This document shows positions 37,753 through 46,711 of a DNA stretch of 51,772 nt, in pieces. Under the pieces are notes generated by a model, which was not told the origin of the DNA, made no database searches, and saw nothing but the letters and a program-made list of their open reading frames with translations. The position numbers and the translations under genes were made by a program. Each line of letters begins with the position of its first letter. Within the stretch, counting starts at the first letter, position 1. Origin of the DNA: a virus (taxonomy: Duplodnaviria; Caudoviricetes); IMG/VR virus record IMGVR_UViG_3300045996_001760, positions 1 through 51,772 of that record. The stretch is one strand, 5' to 3'.

Positions 37753-39074
37753 AGGCCTAGCACCCTTTGGGTCGCGATCGATTCTAGCCACGTGTCCGCG
37801 GTATGCGTCCGGGACCGAAAAGCCATCAGCCTGCTGTCATGTTTCACGAGGCGTTGCCATTCAGCGCTACCACTGCCGCCGATCGAACTGAAGCCGGGAG
37901 ATATCGCGTGCCCGCGACCCGTGGCAGGGTTATACACCAGCATCAGGCCGCTAACCGCGGGCGAAGCGGCCAGCGCGGACGCGTCTTTACCGAGGATCAC
38001 TAGATTACGCCCAAAAGGCATCAGGCTGCACTCACTAGCGCCCATATAGCTAATGCCGCTAACCCCGTTTCCTTTCGAAAGAAACGGATCTGACGTTGCA
38101 TTGGCACTAACGAAGGTTGTTACCAGGGTCCACGCGCCCGCGCCCAAGGAGTCACGTCGCCACAAGCGTCCGTCCACCGCCAGCACGAACCACGATTTAT
38201 GCGCTTCGGACCAGCATCCGGCGACGAGCGCTAAGCCGGCTACGAAAGACTGCTCACTCCACGTAATGCCATCCAAGGACCAGCGCAAGCGGCCGTCGCT
38301 TACGCCGGCGATCACCCCGATACCGGACTCCCCGAGCTCTGGGGACGCAATGAACAGGGGTGCCAGGGTTGGCGTAGCAAATGCAGCCGTGGATCGCGAG
38401 GTCCACGCCGTGCCATTCGTCGAGGTAAACAGCACGGACCCGCCGAACACGATATATAGGCCGCCTACAGTGATATGACCTTTGCCGCTAGCGTTAGCCG
38501 CGCCGCTTGTGATCGTCGAGGGCCCCGTCCACACCACCCCTCCGTCCGCGCTCTGCCACGCCCGGATCGTGTTACCGCCGGAGGTACCCACGATCATAGC
38601 GCGCGGGCCGTTCATGTTGCGGTTACTCACCAACGACACCAACTCCCCCACCGTGAAAGAAGGGGGAGCCGTCGTTGCAGAGGTCCACGCCCACCCATCG
38701 CGGCTCGAAAACACGGTCGCTGAGTTGATGTCCCAGGAATTGATCGCGATCAGCCGCGGCCTGCCAACTGCGTCGAACGAAGAACACACGATCGCCCCCG
38801 TAGTGGACGGGAATAGGATCGGGGTTGAAGCCCCGTCTACACGGACTTCCCCCCAGCTCAGGGCAGGCAGGTCGGCAAGGGCGTCGAGGTTCTCGGCTAG
38901 GTTGTGGAATAGGTAGTTAAGCTCCTCGGCCGCCAACAAGCTATTTGGAACGAAGCCTTGCTCCGCTGTGGCGTTGGAAGGTTCGTCCTTGGTCGGTTGT
39001 AGAGACCAGGCCTCAGCTGACGCGTCGTAGGTTGCATCTGTGGCCCAGGGTTTGACTTTATTCGGTTGTGTCAT
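37749..39074 (-). CDS. Tail fibre/receptor-binding protein with Asp-box (BNR) beta-propeller
   Basis: N-terminal baseplate-anchor-like QGFVP...AEELNYLF; repeats SRDGWAW, SADGGVVW, STNGTAW and SLDGITW. Confidence 0.75.
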   Translation of the reverse strand: MTQPNKVKPWATDATYDASAEAWSLQPTKDEPSNATAEQGFVPNSLLAAEELNYLFHNLAENLDALADLPALSWGEVRVDGASTPILFPSTTGAIVCSSFDAVGRPRLIAINSWDINSATVFSSRDGWAWTSATTAPPSFTVGELVSLVSNRNMNGPRAMIVGTSGGNTIRAWQSADGGVVWTGPSTITSGAANASGKGHITVGGLYIVFGGSVLFTSTNGTAWTSRSTAAFATPTLAPLFIASPELGESGIGVIAGVSDGRLRWSLDGITWSEQSFVAGLALVAGCWSEAHKSWFVLAVDGRLWRRDSLGAGAWTLVTTFVSANATSDPFLSKGNGVSGISYMGASECSLMPFGRNLVILGKDASALAASPAVSGLMLVYNPATGRGHAISPGFSSIGGSGSAEWQRLVKHDSRLMAFRSRTHTADTWLESIATQRVLGL

Positions 39075-39715
39075 GCGTGTGCTCCAAAACTCAGGGTGCC
39101 CGGGGTGCTTCCGGGGACCGCTACTTGCGAGGACGTTAGGGGTCCGGACGCGGTTGGCACCGCTACTTGCGAGGAAGTCAGCCGCATGGGTTGCACAGAA
39201 GTGGCTTGCACCACGTAGGCATATACGCCAGCCGCGCGGGCTTCACGCACCACACCAGGGATTTCGAAGGCGAGGTCCGTAGGCCCGAGGACTTCGATCC
39301 GGAGCCCCGACCCGACTTCAGTCAGACGAAAGACGGCTAGGCCCATAGTGCGCAGGATCCGGATAACTTCCGGGGCGGATCCATAACTAAGGTTGATCAA
39401 GATTCGGATCTTGATGCGCGCGCGGTAGCGTAGATCGGAGCGGCCGTTGCGTTCCTCACCTACCACGCGCCCGAGGACGTCCAGCTGAACACCTTCCGCG
39501 TAGTCAGGGAACCGCGCACGGAGGATCGTCCAGAAGAGGGCCTCTACCTCTTGCAGCTCCTCGGTGTAAGAATTGAGGAGCGCGAGTAGCTTCGGCTTTG
39601 ACAGCACGTCCACCACGCGCCCAGCGGCTTGCGTGGTGTGGTTCGCGGACGGGTCGCCCGTGGACACAGACCCGTTTGGTGCGATCTGCTGATTTGGAGG
39701 CAGAGGAATCAGCAT
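39071..39715 (-). CDS. Baseplate wedge subunit (DUF2612-like)
   Basis: AEGVQLDVLGRVVG.ER...D..YR motif. Confidence 0.8.
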   Translation of the reverse strand: MLIPLPPNQQIAPNGSVSTGDPSANHTTQAAGRVVDVLSKPKLLALLNSYTEELQEVEALFWTILRARFPDYAEGVQLDVLGRVVGEERNGRSDLRYRARIKIRILINLSYGSAPEVIRILRTMGLAVFRLTEVGSGLRIEVLGPTDLAFEIPGVVREARAAGVYAYVVQATSVQPMRLTSSQVAVPTASGPLTSSQVAVPGSTPGTLSFGAHA

Positions 39716-40920
39716 CAGGCCGGTACCGCCGTTACCGATATGCGGCCGGTGTCCAGCGCCGCGCGCTCATTGGCAGCAATAGCTAGGTTTGAGGTCCCGA
39801 CAGGCACCGCGCTAAACCCGAGGGTGAAGGTCGGGACGTCCTCGACGCCTGCGACCTGTAAGGCATCGGCGCGCCGCTGAAGCGCGATCACATCTTCGCC
39901 GATTGTATAGCGATGCGAGGCCACGATCGCGGCTTTGATTTGGTCCGCCCCATCCGCGGGGAAGTCACTTCGGACCGTGACGATCAGCGCGATCCACACA
40001 TCGCGCGGGGTAGCGCGCGAGAAGTAAATAGGCTGTAGCGTCCCGTTTTCGTCCGTCGCGAAAGCCAACTGGGCGCCGAAAGTCGCGATGCCTCCCGCCT
40101 TGGACTCGAAGATCGTTTGGGCTATGTCGTTGTTACTGACCGTAGGCGTGTTTCCGTCATCGATAATCACGTGGATCGATTTCGGCGGGAGGCCACCCAC
40201 CACGTAGTCCAGGGTGTTCTCTTGCACCAAAGCTTCGCGGATGCCTTCGAGCTCGGGGTGGTTCTCCGAATCCAGCAGATCCGCACGGATCGCGGCTATG
40301 GTCGAACCCCCGCGTAACGCGAGCTGGTCCGCGCGACGCTGGCGCAAAGTGATATCATCGTCCGCAAGCCAGCCGGGCACCGCGTCCGCTAGATTGGTCA
40401 CTGAAAGAAGGCCGGACAGGGTGTTGACTGGTTCGGTAACAGTGCCAGCGGCCGCAGTGATTGGGCCGACTTCGGTGCACAGCGCGTACCCCGTGTAATA
40501 GCCCGTGGACCCTGTGGGGTTCGTCACGTCGGCTTCGAGCTCGAACACCTTATCCGGGCGATCGTCTACCGCGATCAGGAAGCCGGCGGGCACCGTGGTG
40601 GCCGCGGCAAGTTGGAAGCTCAGCAGCACGCGCGTGGCTTGTGGGTCCCGACGCTCTGCGCCAGCAATAGACGCCAACACCGTGAGCGCATAGCCCGCCG
40701 CGGCTTCGGGGTCCCCTCCAGCAACGATTTCCGCGCCGAGCTCCCAAAGCTCCGCCACTTCACTCGCAAAAGTCCCGTTCAGCTGGCCAGCTGGGGTCAG
40801 ATCGTCGTTGTCGAAGTTAGGGCCGAGCTCGGGGGAGGCCCATTGCCTTTCGCGAATGCCTTGCAGAATGGCGGTTAGCGGCTTGGTTACGAAACCGGTT
40901 GAGAGATAGCCGTAGCTCAT
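39715..40920 (-). CDS. Baseplate J-like protein
   Basis: GFVTKP, DPEAAAG, ADDDITLRQR and GLPPKSI motifs. Confidence 0.88.
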   Translation of the reverse strand: MSYGYLSTGFVTKPLTAILQGIRERQWASPELGPNFDNDDLTPAGQLNGTFASEVAELWELGAEIVAGGDPEAAAGYALTVLASIAGAERRDPQATRVLLSFQLAAATTVPAGFLIAVDDRPDKVFELEADVTNPTGSTGYYTGYALCTEVGPITAAAGTVTEPVNTLSGLLSVTNLADAVPGWLADDDITLRQRRADQLALRGGSTIAAIRADLLDSENHPELEGIREALVQENTLDYVVGGLPPKSIHVIIDDGNTPTVSNNDIAQTIFESKAGGIATFGAQLAFATDENGTLQPIYFSRATPRDVWIALIVTVRSDFPADGADQIKAAIVASHRYTIGEDVIALQRRADALQVAGVEDVPTFTLGFSAVPVGTSNLAIAANERAALDTGRISVTAVPA

Positions 40921-41297
40921 AGGTCACCCAAGATCAGCGGCTCGAAAGGGACGTCTTCGCCCTCGAGCGTCTGGACGTTGTCCGCCTCGATCTGCAATCT
41001 GCGATCGGGGCCTTGCGTCGCGATGACAGGGCCCGTCGAGCCTACGCCCCGCGTCTTTGCGATGCCTTGGCGGTATATAGATTGCGCTAAGGCCGGATCG
41101 AAGGGCTGCCCGATCAGGTCACGGAACACAGGCAGGCCTAGGCGCTGGTCTAGGAACCACTCGCCAAGGAACACACCGAGGTTGATCCTGAGTTGCTGGC
41201 GGGTGTACTCAGCCAGCCCCGAGGTCAAGCGCAGGCCCTTGGACAAGTCCAGATCCCCGGTCTCGGGGTCCAGCAGCAACGATCGAGGCACGGCCAC
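40917..41297 (-). CDS. Baseplate wedge/sheath initiator (gp25-like)
   Basis: FLGEWFLD..LGLP motif. Confidence 0.8.
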   Translation of the reverse strand: MAVPRSLLLDPETGDLDLSKGLRLTSGLAEYTRQQLRINLGVFLGEWFLDQRLGLPVFRDLIGQPFDPALAQSIYRQGIAKTRGVGSTGPVIATQGPDRRLQIEADNVQTLEGEDVPFEPLILGDL

Positions 41298-41336
41298 GCC
41301 TACAGCCTAGCACGTGGGTAAGAAATGACCCAGGCC

Positions 41337-42026
41337 CTAGTCGGCCTTCAAATTCGAGCTTGACACGTCCGATCCGCTGGGGGCTGTGGGCGTGTAGATA
41401 GGGACGGCCCCGGGGGTAACCGCACCCCCGGCGAAGGCGTGGCCATGGGCCGCGAACACGGTTTCCAGGGCAGCGAACGCGCTTTCCAGGGCGTTCAACC
41501 GGGCATTGACCTTGGCCGCCAGGGCCACAGCGTCCGACCCGTCGCCTACTTCGATCGCATCGTCTTTGAAGTGCGCTCGCAGGCCGCCCGCGCGCCCGAT
41601 CGAATCGTCGTCGTCGCTACCAGGCCCGCCGCTGGGCGCATACCAGGGTATCGCTACGGGGTACGAGGGCCCATGCAAGCGCAGGTCCCGCGGGTCCGAG
41701 ACCTCGCCAGTTGATCGCCACTGAGCGATTGCCCATTGCGAGAAAATCAACAACACCGAGTCCCCCTTGGTCAGGGTCGCGCGCAAGGAGAGCTTCGGTG
41801 ATCCGAAGCAGAGCACTGGCACGTTCGGGATCGGCTCGACTTCCTCTAGCACCACCCCATCGTCTTCGGTGTCGATCGCGCGCTTGACGGCCAGCTTGAC
41901 CGTGATCGTCTTCTCGGCGGCGTTGTAGGACTCTACGATCCCCGGTAAGGCGGTGAATACGTCCAGCAGACGCGACGCAATGGCCGCGCCGATCACGGCC
42001 TCGGGGCTTGGGGTGGTGTCAGCCAT
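41337..42026 (-). CDS. Baseplate spike (Gp138-like)
   Basis: TALPGIVESY, IPNVPV, KGDSVLLIF and LRLH motifs; C-terminal HGH. Confidence 0.82.
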   Translation of the reverse strand: MADTTPSPEAVIGAAIASRLLDVFTALPGIVESYNAAEKTITVKLAVKRAIDTEDDGVVLEEVEPIPNVPVLCFGSPKLSLRATLTKGDSVLLIFSQWAIAQWRSTGEVSDPRDLRLHGPSYPVAIPWYAPSGGPGSDDDDSIGRAGGLRAHFKDDAIEVGDGSDAVALAAKVNARLNALESAFAALETVFAAHGHAFAGGAVTPGAVPIYTPTAPSGSDVSSSNLKAD

Positions 42027-42852
42027 TCAGCTTTCCTTTTGCTTCAAATTCCACGTACCACTCGTCTTCGCCTACGCCCGTGTCACCGGTATAGGTGCAC
42101 TTCTCGATGCGGAAGGCGCCCTTGACGAACTCGTGTTGGATTCGGACTTGGCGCCCGGGGAGAAAGTCCCGTTGAATGAAGGTGCGTCCTGTCACTATGC
42201 CCTTGGTGTTTACCGTGGGCGTGTCCAATAGCGTCTGCTCGTCTAAGAGCACAGCGAACGAGTTGATCGCCTTGCCTGGGTTCAGGATTTGGACAGCGCC
42301 GTCTTGCACACTCCACTCGAGCCCCGCGCTACGGACCAGCTGCGTCAACTCCTGGGACGCGTTGCCGCTAAGCGTGACCCCGCCTAGGTATATGTCTTGT
42401 TTCGTGCCGCGCGCGAGCTCGGCCGCTACGCGCGACACGTTGCCCTCTTTCAGGCCCAGCGACTTGACGAGGGCACGCAACACAGCATCGATCTTGGTGC
42501 GGGGGCCGAAACTCATATTGACGCGGGCCTTCTGCATCTTGTCCCCGCCGTCCGTGGTATTGACCGTGGTGATCACGTCACCACTGCGCTTGTCCCGTTC
42601 ATGCAATACGCTGATCACCTCACCCAAAAAGATCGAGGTGGTTTCGTCCGCGTAGCCTGCGCTCAGTGCGACGGTCGGGGTGCGCTTCTTGGTGAGCTGC
42701 GCGCGTTGGTCGGGAGTCAGGTTCCAGACCTTGACCTCACACTTGTTTGGATCCTTGGCTAGCGACTTCTCGGCCTTGAAGTGAATACGCAGACCGTTGA
42801 TCTTGATCGTGTCGATCTGCAAGTAGATCTGACGCCCGGACAACCGGCTCAT
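42019..42852 (-). CDS. Baseplate hub
   Basis: VWNL, LSAGY, IFLGEV and WSVQDG motifs. Confidence 0.8.
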   Translation of the reverse strand: MSRLSGRQIYLQIDTIKINGLRIHFKAEKSLAKDPNKCEVKVWNLTPDQRAQLTKKRTPTVALSAGYADETTSIFLGEVISVLHERDKRSGDVITTVNTTDGGDKMQKARVNMSFGPRTKIDAVLRALVKSLGLKEGNVSRVAAELARGTKQDIYLGGVTLSGNASQELTQLVRSAGLEWSVQDGAVQILNPGKAINSFAVLLDEQTLLDTPTVNTKGIVTGRTFIQRDFLPGRQVRIQHEFVKGAFRIEKCTYTGDTGVGEDEWYVEFEAKGKLNG

Positions 42853-43187
42853 ATCTCTGCGAGCTCCGCCGCGGTGTAGTACAGCAAAGGCAACTCCGCT
42901 GTGCCTAGCTGGTCGTACCCTGGGTAAGAGACTTTGCGCGTGAAGTCCGCCGCAACAATCTCGCCCGGTGGCATGCCGGTTAGGTACGAGAACCGGGCGA
43001 ACAGGGGGCGATTTGAAACGACCTTGACCCCGCTTACTAGTGGGGTTCCGTCTTCACTTGCGAGCGAAAGGAACCACGCCCCCGCGCGAGCGTTCCAAGA
43101 CCAGTCGAGTAGGTAGTCCACGCCCTCGAGCGGGATGCGCAGTTGAAAGAAAGCCGCGTTACGGGTGAAGGGTAGAACAAGGCTCAT
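42849..43187 (-). CDS. Small baseplate protein
   Basis: WNARAGAWFLSL...G motif; synteny. Confidence 0.75.
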   Translation of the reverse strand: MSLVLPFTRNAAFFQLRIPLEGVDYLLDWSWNARAGAWFLSLASEDGTPLVSGVKVVSNRPLFARFSYLTGMPPGEIVAADFTRKVSYPGYDQLGTAELPLLYYTAAELAEI

Positions 43188-43873
43188 AGTCCAGACCCCT
43201 TTCGACCGATGCCCATATCGATCGCTAGCTGCTTCGCCGCGCTGGCTTGGTCCGCACTGTTCGCGTCAGACGGGTTGCCGGACTTGTCACCCTTCTTCTG
43301 CTGTGCGCGGGGCTCTAGCGGCAAGGGCACGGCCACCGCCACGTCACTCTGCGCAAAGTCCACGCGGTGACCTTGGATCGTGATCGTGCAACCCCCGCCC
43401 GAGGAGCTATCGCGGAAGCCGCGCGCGTCCTCGATCGCAAAGTTCTCGAGGCGGGCCATTGATCCCTTGACCGTGATCAGCGTGCCACTGGCCTGCCACT
43501 GATCGATCAACTCTAGGGCACGCTTCCAGCGCTCGCGCGGGGGTGAGTCGAAGGCGAGCGTGGAGAACGAGCTAGGCAGGCCGCTAGTGTTCACGCCCTC
43601 GGCATAGCGGAGCGGCTCAGACCGGTCGTTACCGTAGTTCTCTTCGTCAAGGTCACCGCGGATCGGCGCGTCACCAAAGACGAGCTCTCCGCGCAGCGCA
43701 CGGGGTTCTGGCTTGTAGTGGTCGCTAACCGTTGCCCCCGACTCCACCTTTTGCTGCGTGGCCACCGCTGATAGGGTGAGCTCCTCGGACTTCCAGGCAT
43801 CCGCGTACAGGCGCCGGACCTCACCCGCGTCAGTAGTCCACTCGAGGTAGGGGAGTTCTTCGATCTTTCTCAC
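43184..43873 (-). CDS. Tail tube initiator/Dit-like protein
   Basis: VESGATVSDH...P motif; directly after the tape measure. Confidence 0.75.
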   Translation of the reverse strand: MRKIEELPYLEWTTDAGEVRRLYADAWKSEELTLSAVATQQKVESGATVSDHYKPEPRALRGELVFGDAPIRGDLDEENYGNDRSEPLRYAEGVNTSGLPSSFSTLAFDSPPRERWKRALELIDQWQASGTLITVKGSMARLENFAIEDARGFRDSSSGGGCTITIQGHRVDFAQSDVAVAVPLPLEPRAQQKKGDKSGNPSDANSADQASAAKQLAIDMGIGRKGSGL

Positions 43874-45615
43874 TTCTTCACCGCGGACCTTTGGACCAGC
43901 GCATCGCGCGCGGCTTGCCAGCCACCTACCGCGCCCTCGCTTGCAGCGCGACCCACGTCGCGCGCCTGCGCTAGGTCGGTTCCCGGCGCTACCGTGACGG
44001 TGACCGGAGCTTGCACCGTGACCAGCACGGGCGCGGGGGCTTGCACGTTGGCCGCCGGCGCGTAGGAAGCCAGCAAGGCGCCTACCGCGCCCATCGCGCC
44101 CGTGTTAGCGTTTGGGTCGGCCTTGGGCTCGTTCAACGTGACGGGTGTGGTCGCGCCGAAGGTAAGCGCGCGTCTGTGGTACGCTACATCATTGCCGCTG
44201 ACCTCCCCGCTCACCTCGGTCATGCCCCGACGATCGCGCGTGGGATCTGGCGTGTAACCTCCGCGCTGGCGTTCTTTCACCGCGACCCACGTCTTAAGAC
44301 TGTTTTCCACGGCCTTCGGATCTTCTTGGGGGGTCAACGCTCCGAATAGTTTGGAGGGCTTGTACCACTCGTTCTCAACGATCTGCCCGGGGTCTTCTAC
44401 CGCGCGCGCGATGCGCCCGCCAACCCGACTGATAGCTTGCAGGCCAGTGATCTTTCCGAGTGTGCTATCGATTAGCGCTGACATAGCGGCCTCGGCCCCG
44501 GCCGCGCCCATATCGGCCATGGCGTCGATCACAGGAGCCCAGGTCTCGGGCTGGCTCAGGTAGTGAACGAGGCCTTGCGGATCCTCCTTGGCTTTCGACC
44601 AAAACGAAGACCAGACCTTGCCCGCGTCGTTGACCCACGCGCGCACAGCGGTGGCCGTGCCGTTACCGAAGGCGTTGTTTAGCAGCGTGCCGATCAAAGA
44701 ATCCTTCCCCGCGAGAAAGGCCATTAGATCGTCAAAGGCGAGGAAGATGCCCGCGAACTTGAAGCCGGCCTTGGCGTACGGTGCCAATGCACCGGCTAGC
44801 TTCGCGCCGAGGGTGAGCGCAAGCGCGCTCGAGGCGGACTCCGCGAGGGTCGTTTGCTTCGCCCAGTTGGAAAGCCAACCCACCCCGCGCGCGAGCGAGT
44901 TGGTGACCGAGGTCAGCCGGGGAAACACTTGCTCTGCGATCAGGCCCTTGAGCGCGAAGAACGAGTAGTGCAGCCGCGCGAGGCTATCGCGGTAGGCGCC
45001 TGCTTTCGCGATCGCATCGTCGCTCGCACCGCCCCCGAGCTTATCCAATTCGGCACGCATCTTCTCGAGGCCGTCCGCGCCCTGGTCCAGCACAGGGATC
45101 AGGCGCGTACCGGAGCGCCCGAAAAGCTGTGTTGCTACGCGCGCCTTGTCCGCCTCGGTCTCTAACTGGCTGAAGCCCTCGAAGATCTGGGGCAGCACGG
45201 CGCCCAGCGTCGGGGCCTTCTTCGACGTGGAGTCGACTTCAATACCCAACTTCTTGAACACCTCTGTTTGGGTCTTGGCCCCGTCCTCGAGCCCGCCAAG
45301 CTGCGCGTTCAGCTTATATAGGGCGGCTTGCATGGCCTCGGCGCTGGACCCGTTCAGCTCGAACGCGAGGCCCATCGCTTGAAGGTCCTTGGTCGCGACA
45401 TTGGTGGCCGCGCTCAGATCGTCGAAGGTGTCGAGTTCGTCCGCAATCGCGTTCAGGCGCGAGACGAACAGACCGCCGGACACCGCGGCCAACGCGCCTT
45501 CCAGTCCCAGGACCAACGAGTCAACCGACTTGTTGGCCTGGTCCAGCTTCTGGGCGTCATACTCGAACCCCAGAAAAGCGAATACGGATCTTAGCGCGTC
45601 ATCGGCCACGGTCAC
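43870..45615 (-). CDS. Tape measure protein
   Basis: Long Ala/Leu-rich helical protein with LFGRSG..LIP.L; follows the chaperone. Confidence 0.85.
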   Translation of the reverse strand: MTVADDALRSVFAFLGFEYDAQKLDQANKSVDSLVLGLEGALAAVSGGLFVSRLNAIADELDTFDDLSAATNVATKDLQAMGLAFELNGSSAEAMQAALYKLNAQLGGLEDGAKTQTEVFKKLGIEVDSTSKKAPTLGAVLPQIFEGFSQLETEADKARVATQLFGRSGTRLIPVLDQGADGLEKMRAELDKLGGGASDDAIAKAGAYRDSLARLHYSFFALKGLIAEQVFPRLTSVTNSLARGVGWLSNWAKQTTLAESASSALALTLGAKLAGALAPYAKAGFKFAGIFLAFDDLMAFLAGKDSLIGTLLNNAFGNGTATAVRAWVNDAGKVWSSFWSKAKEDPQGLVHYLSQPETWAPVIDAMADMGAAGAEAAMSALIDSTLGKITGLQAISRVGGRIARAVEDPGQIVENEWYKPSKLFGALTPQEDPKAVENSLKTWVAVKERQRGGYTPDPTRDRRGMTEVSGEVSGNDVAYHRRALTFGATTPVTLNEPKADPNANTGAMGAVGALLASYAPAANVQAPAPVLVTVQAPVTVTVAPGTDLAQARDVGRAASEGAVGGWQAARDALVQRSAVKK

Positions 45616-45890
45616 ACCTTAGCACGCGCGGTGGCCTCGGCCCGGGCGTTTGCCTGGGCCTGCGCTTCCTCGCGTGCGTCTAAAAAGTCGTTTGCGGCCA
45701 GGACCTCGTCCAAGGTCCAAGCGTCGCGGATCGTAGCGTAGGGGTCTGTGTAGACCGAGCTAGTTGCGATCCGGTGAATCAGCCATCTTCGTTCACAGGA
45801 TCCGGGGATCCGGATTGGGACGCTGCGCTCGTCACTGCGTCCGCGGCGCTTTTTAGCGTTCCGAACTTGGCGAGCGCGCCAGCTAAAAAA
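45612..45890 (-). CDS. -1 frameshift extension of the tail assembly chaperone (gpGT-like)
   Basis: Slippery T TTT TTA at 45890-45884; the -1 frame stays open to TGA at 45612. Confidence 0.8.
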   Translation of the reverse strand, partial: FFSWRARQVRNAKKRRGRSDERSVPIRIPGSCERRWLIHRIATSSVYTDPYATIRDAWTLDEVLAANDFLDAREEAQAQANARAEATARAKV

Positions 45891-46273
45891 CCACTGAAGC
45901 TCAGCTCAAACGCGGCCTGGAACCACGCCGCGTAGTGGATCGAGTTCTCCCCGCCGAACACGGCGTGGAAAATGACCTCGTTGTCCAGAGTCTCCACCAA
46001 AGGGTTCTTCTTGGCTTTCGGATCCGTGGACAGGCGCTGTAGCCGCGTGCGCGCGCCGAACGCCTCGCGTAGCGCGCGGTGCGTGGACTTGAATTCGGGG
46101 TTGCCGAGCAAGGCCGCGCCCACGCGCGCGGCTGCGCCCTTGCCCGTGAGCTCACGCACCACGGGCGCGAGCAGCATGCCGAGGTCAGCGATCCAGTCCA
46201 ACGCGTCCCCCGCAAGGAGCGGATCGATCGTGAGCTCGAATTGACCCGCCCTGACTTTGCGAGCGTTGCTCAT
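45779..46273 (-). CDS. Tail assembly chaperone
   Basis: Lies between tube and tape measure; contains the slippery site. Confidence 0.8.
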   Translation of the reverse strand: MSNARKVRAGQFELTIDPLLAGDALDWIADLGMLLAPVVRELTGKGAAARVGAALLGNPEFKSTHRALREAFGARTRLQRLSTDPKAKKNPLVETLDNEVIFHAVFGGENSIHYAAWFQAAFELSFSGFLAGALAKFGTLKSAADAVTSAASQSGSPDPVNEDG

Positions 46274-46710
46274 AGGCCGGCCTCGAACCAATCCGGATTA
46301 TACACTCGGATCTTCCAGACGCGGGGCGTGACCTTCGCTTGGATCCGGATCGCGGGCGGCTTGACGATGCGCACGGTGTCCGAGACGATGTAAGACCCGT
46401 TCGTTCGGTCCTTGGCTTGCAGCGTTACTAGGCCGCTTACCGTGGGGCTAAGCCGGTTCGCGCGGTAGATCCCCGAGAAGAGAGCATTGGCCTTGCTGCC
46501 CTGGCTCAAGTGGACGTTGAGAGTGCCCGCCTCGGCCACCACAGTGCAGACCGCGATATCTCCGTCAACGCCCTTCACCTCGGTGAAGCCGTCCTCGTCC
46601 AGCTCGAAATCGATCGTATCGGTCTCGTCGAAACCGCTGATCGACACGTTGGCCACGGACAGATCCCAGTTTCGGACGTCCCAAACTTTGACTTCTTGAC
46701 TCTGTCCCAT
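46270..46710 (-). CDS. Tail tube protein
   Basis: KGVDGD, GTLNVHLSQGS.AN and KPP motifs; follows the sheath. Confidence 0.82.
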   Translation of the reverse strand: MGQSQEVKVWDVRNWDLSVANVSISGFDETDTIDFELDEDGFTEVKGVDGDIAVCTVVAEAGTLNVHLSQGSKANALFSGIYRANRLSPTVSGLVTLQAKDRTNGSYIVSDTVRIVKPPAIRIQAKVTPRVWKIRVYNPDWFEAGL

Positions 46711-46711
46711 G

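Noticed and set aside
39114-39180. Short LTSSQVAVP duplication in the baseplate wedge C-terminus
   Set aside because: Real but small, and probably a linker duplication of little significance.
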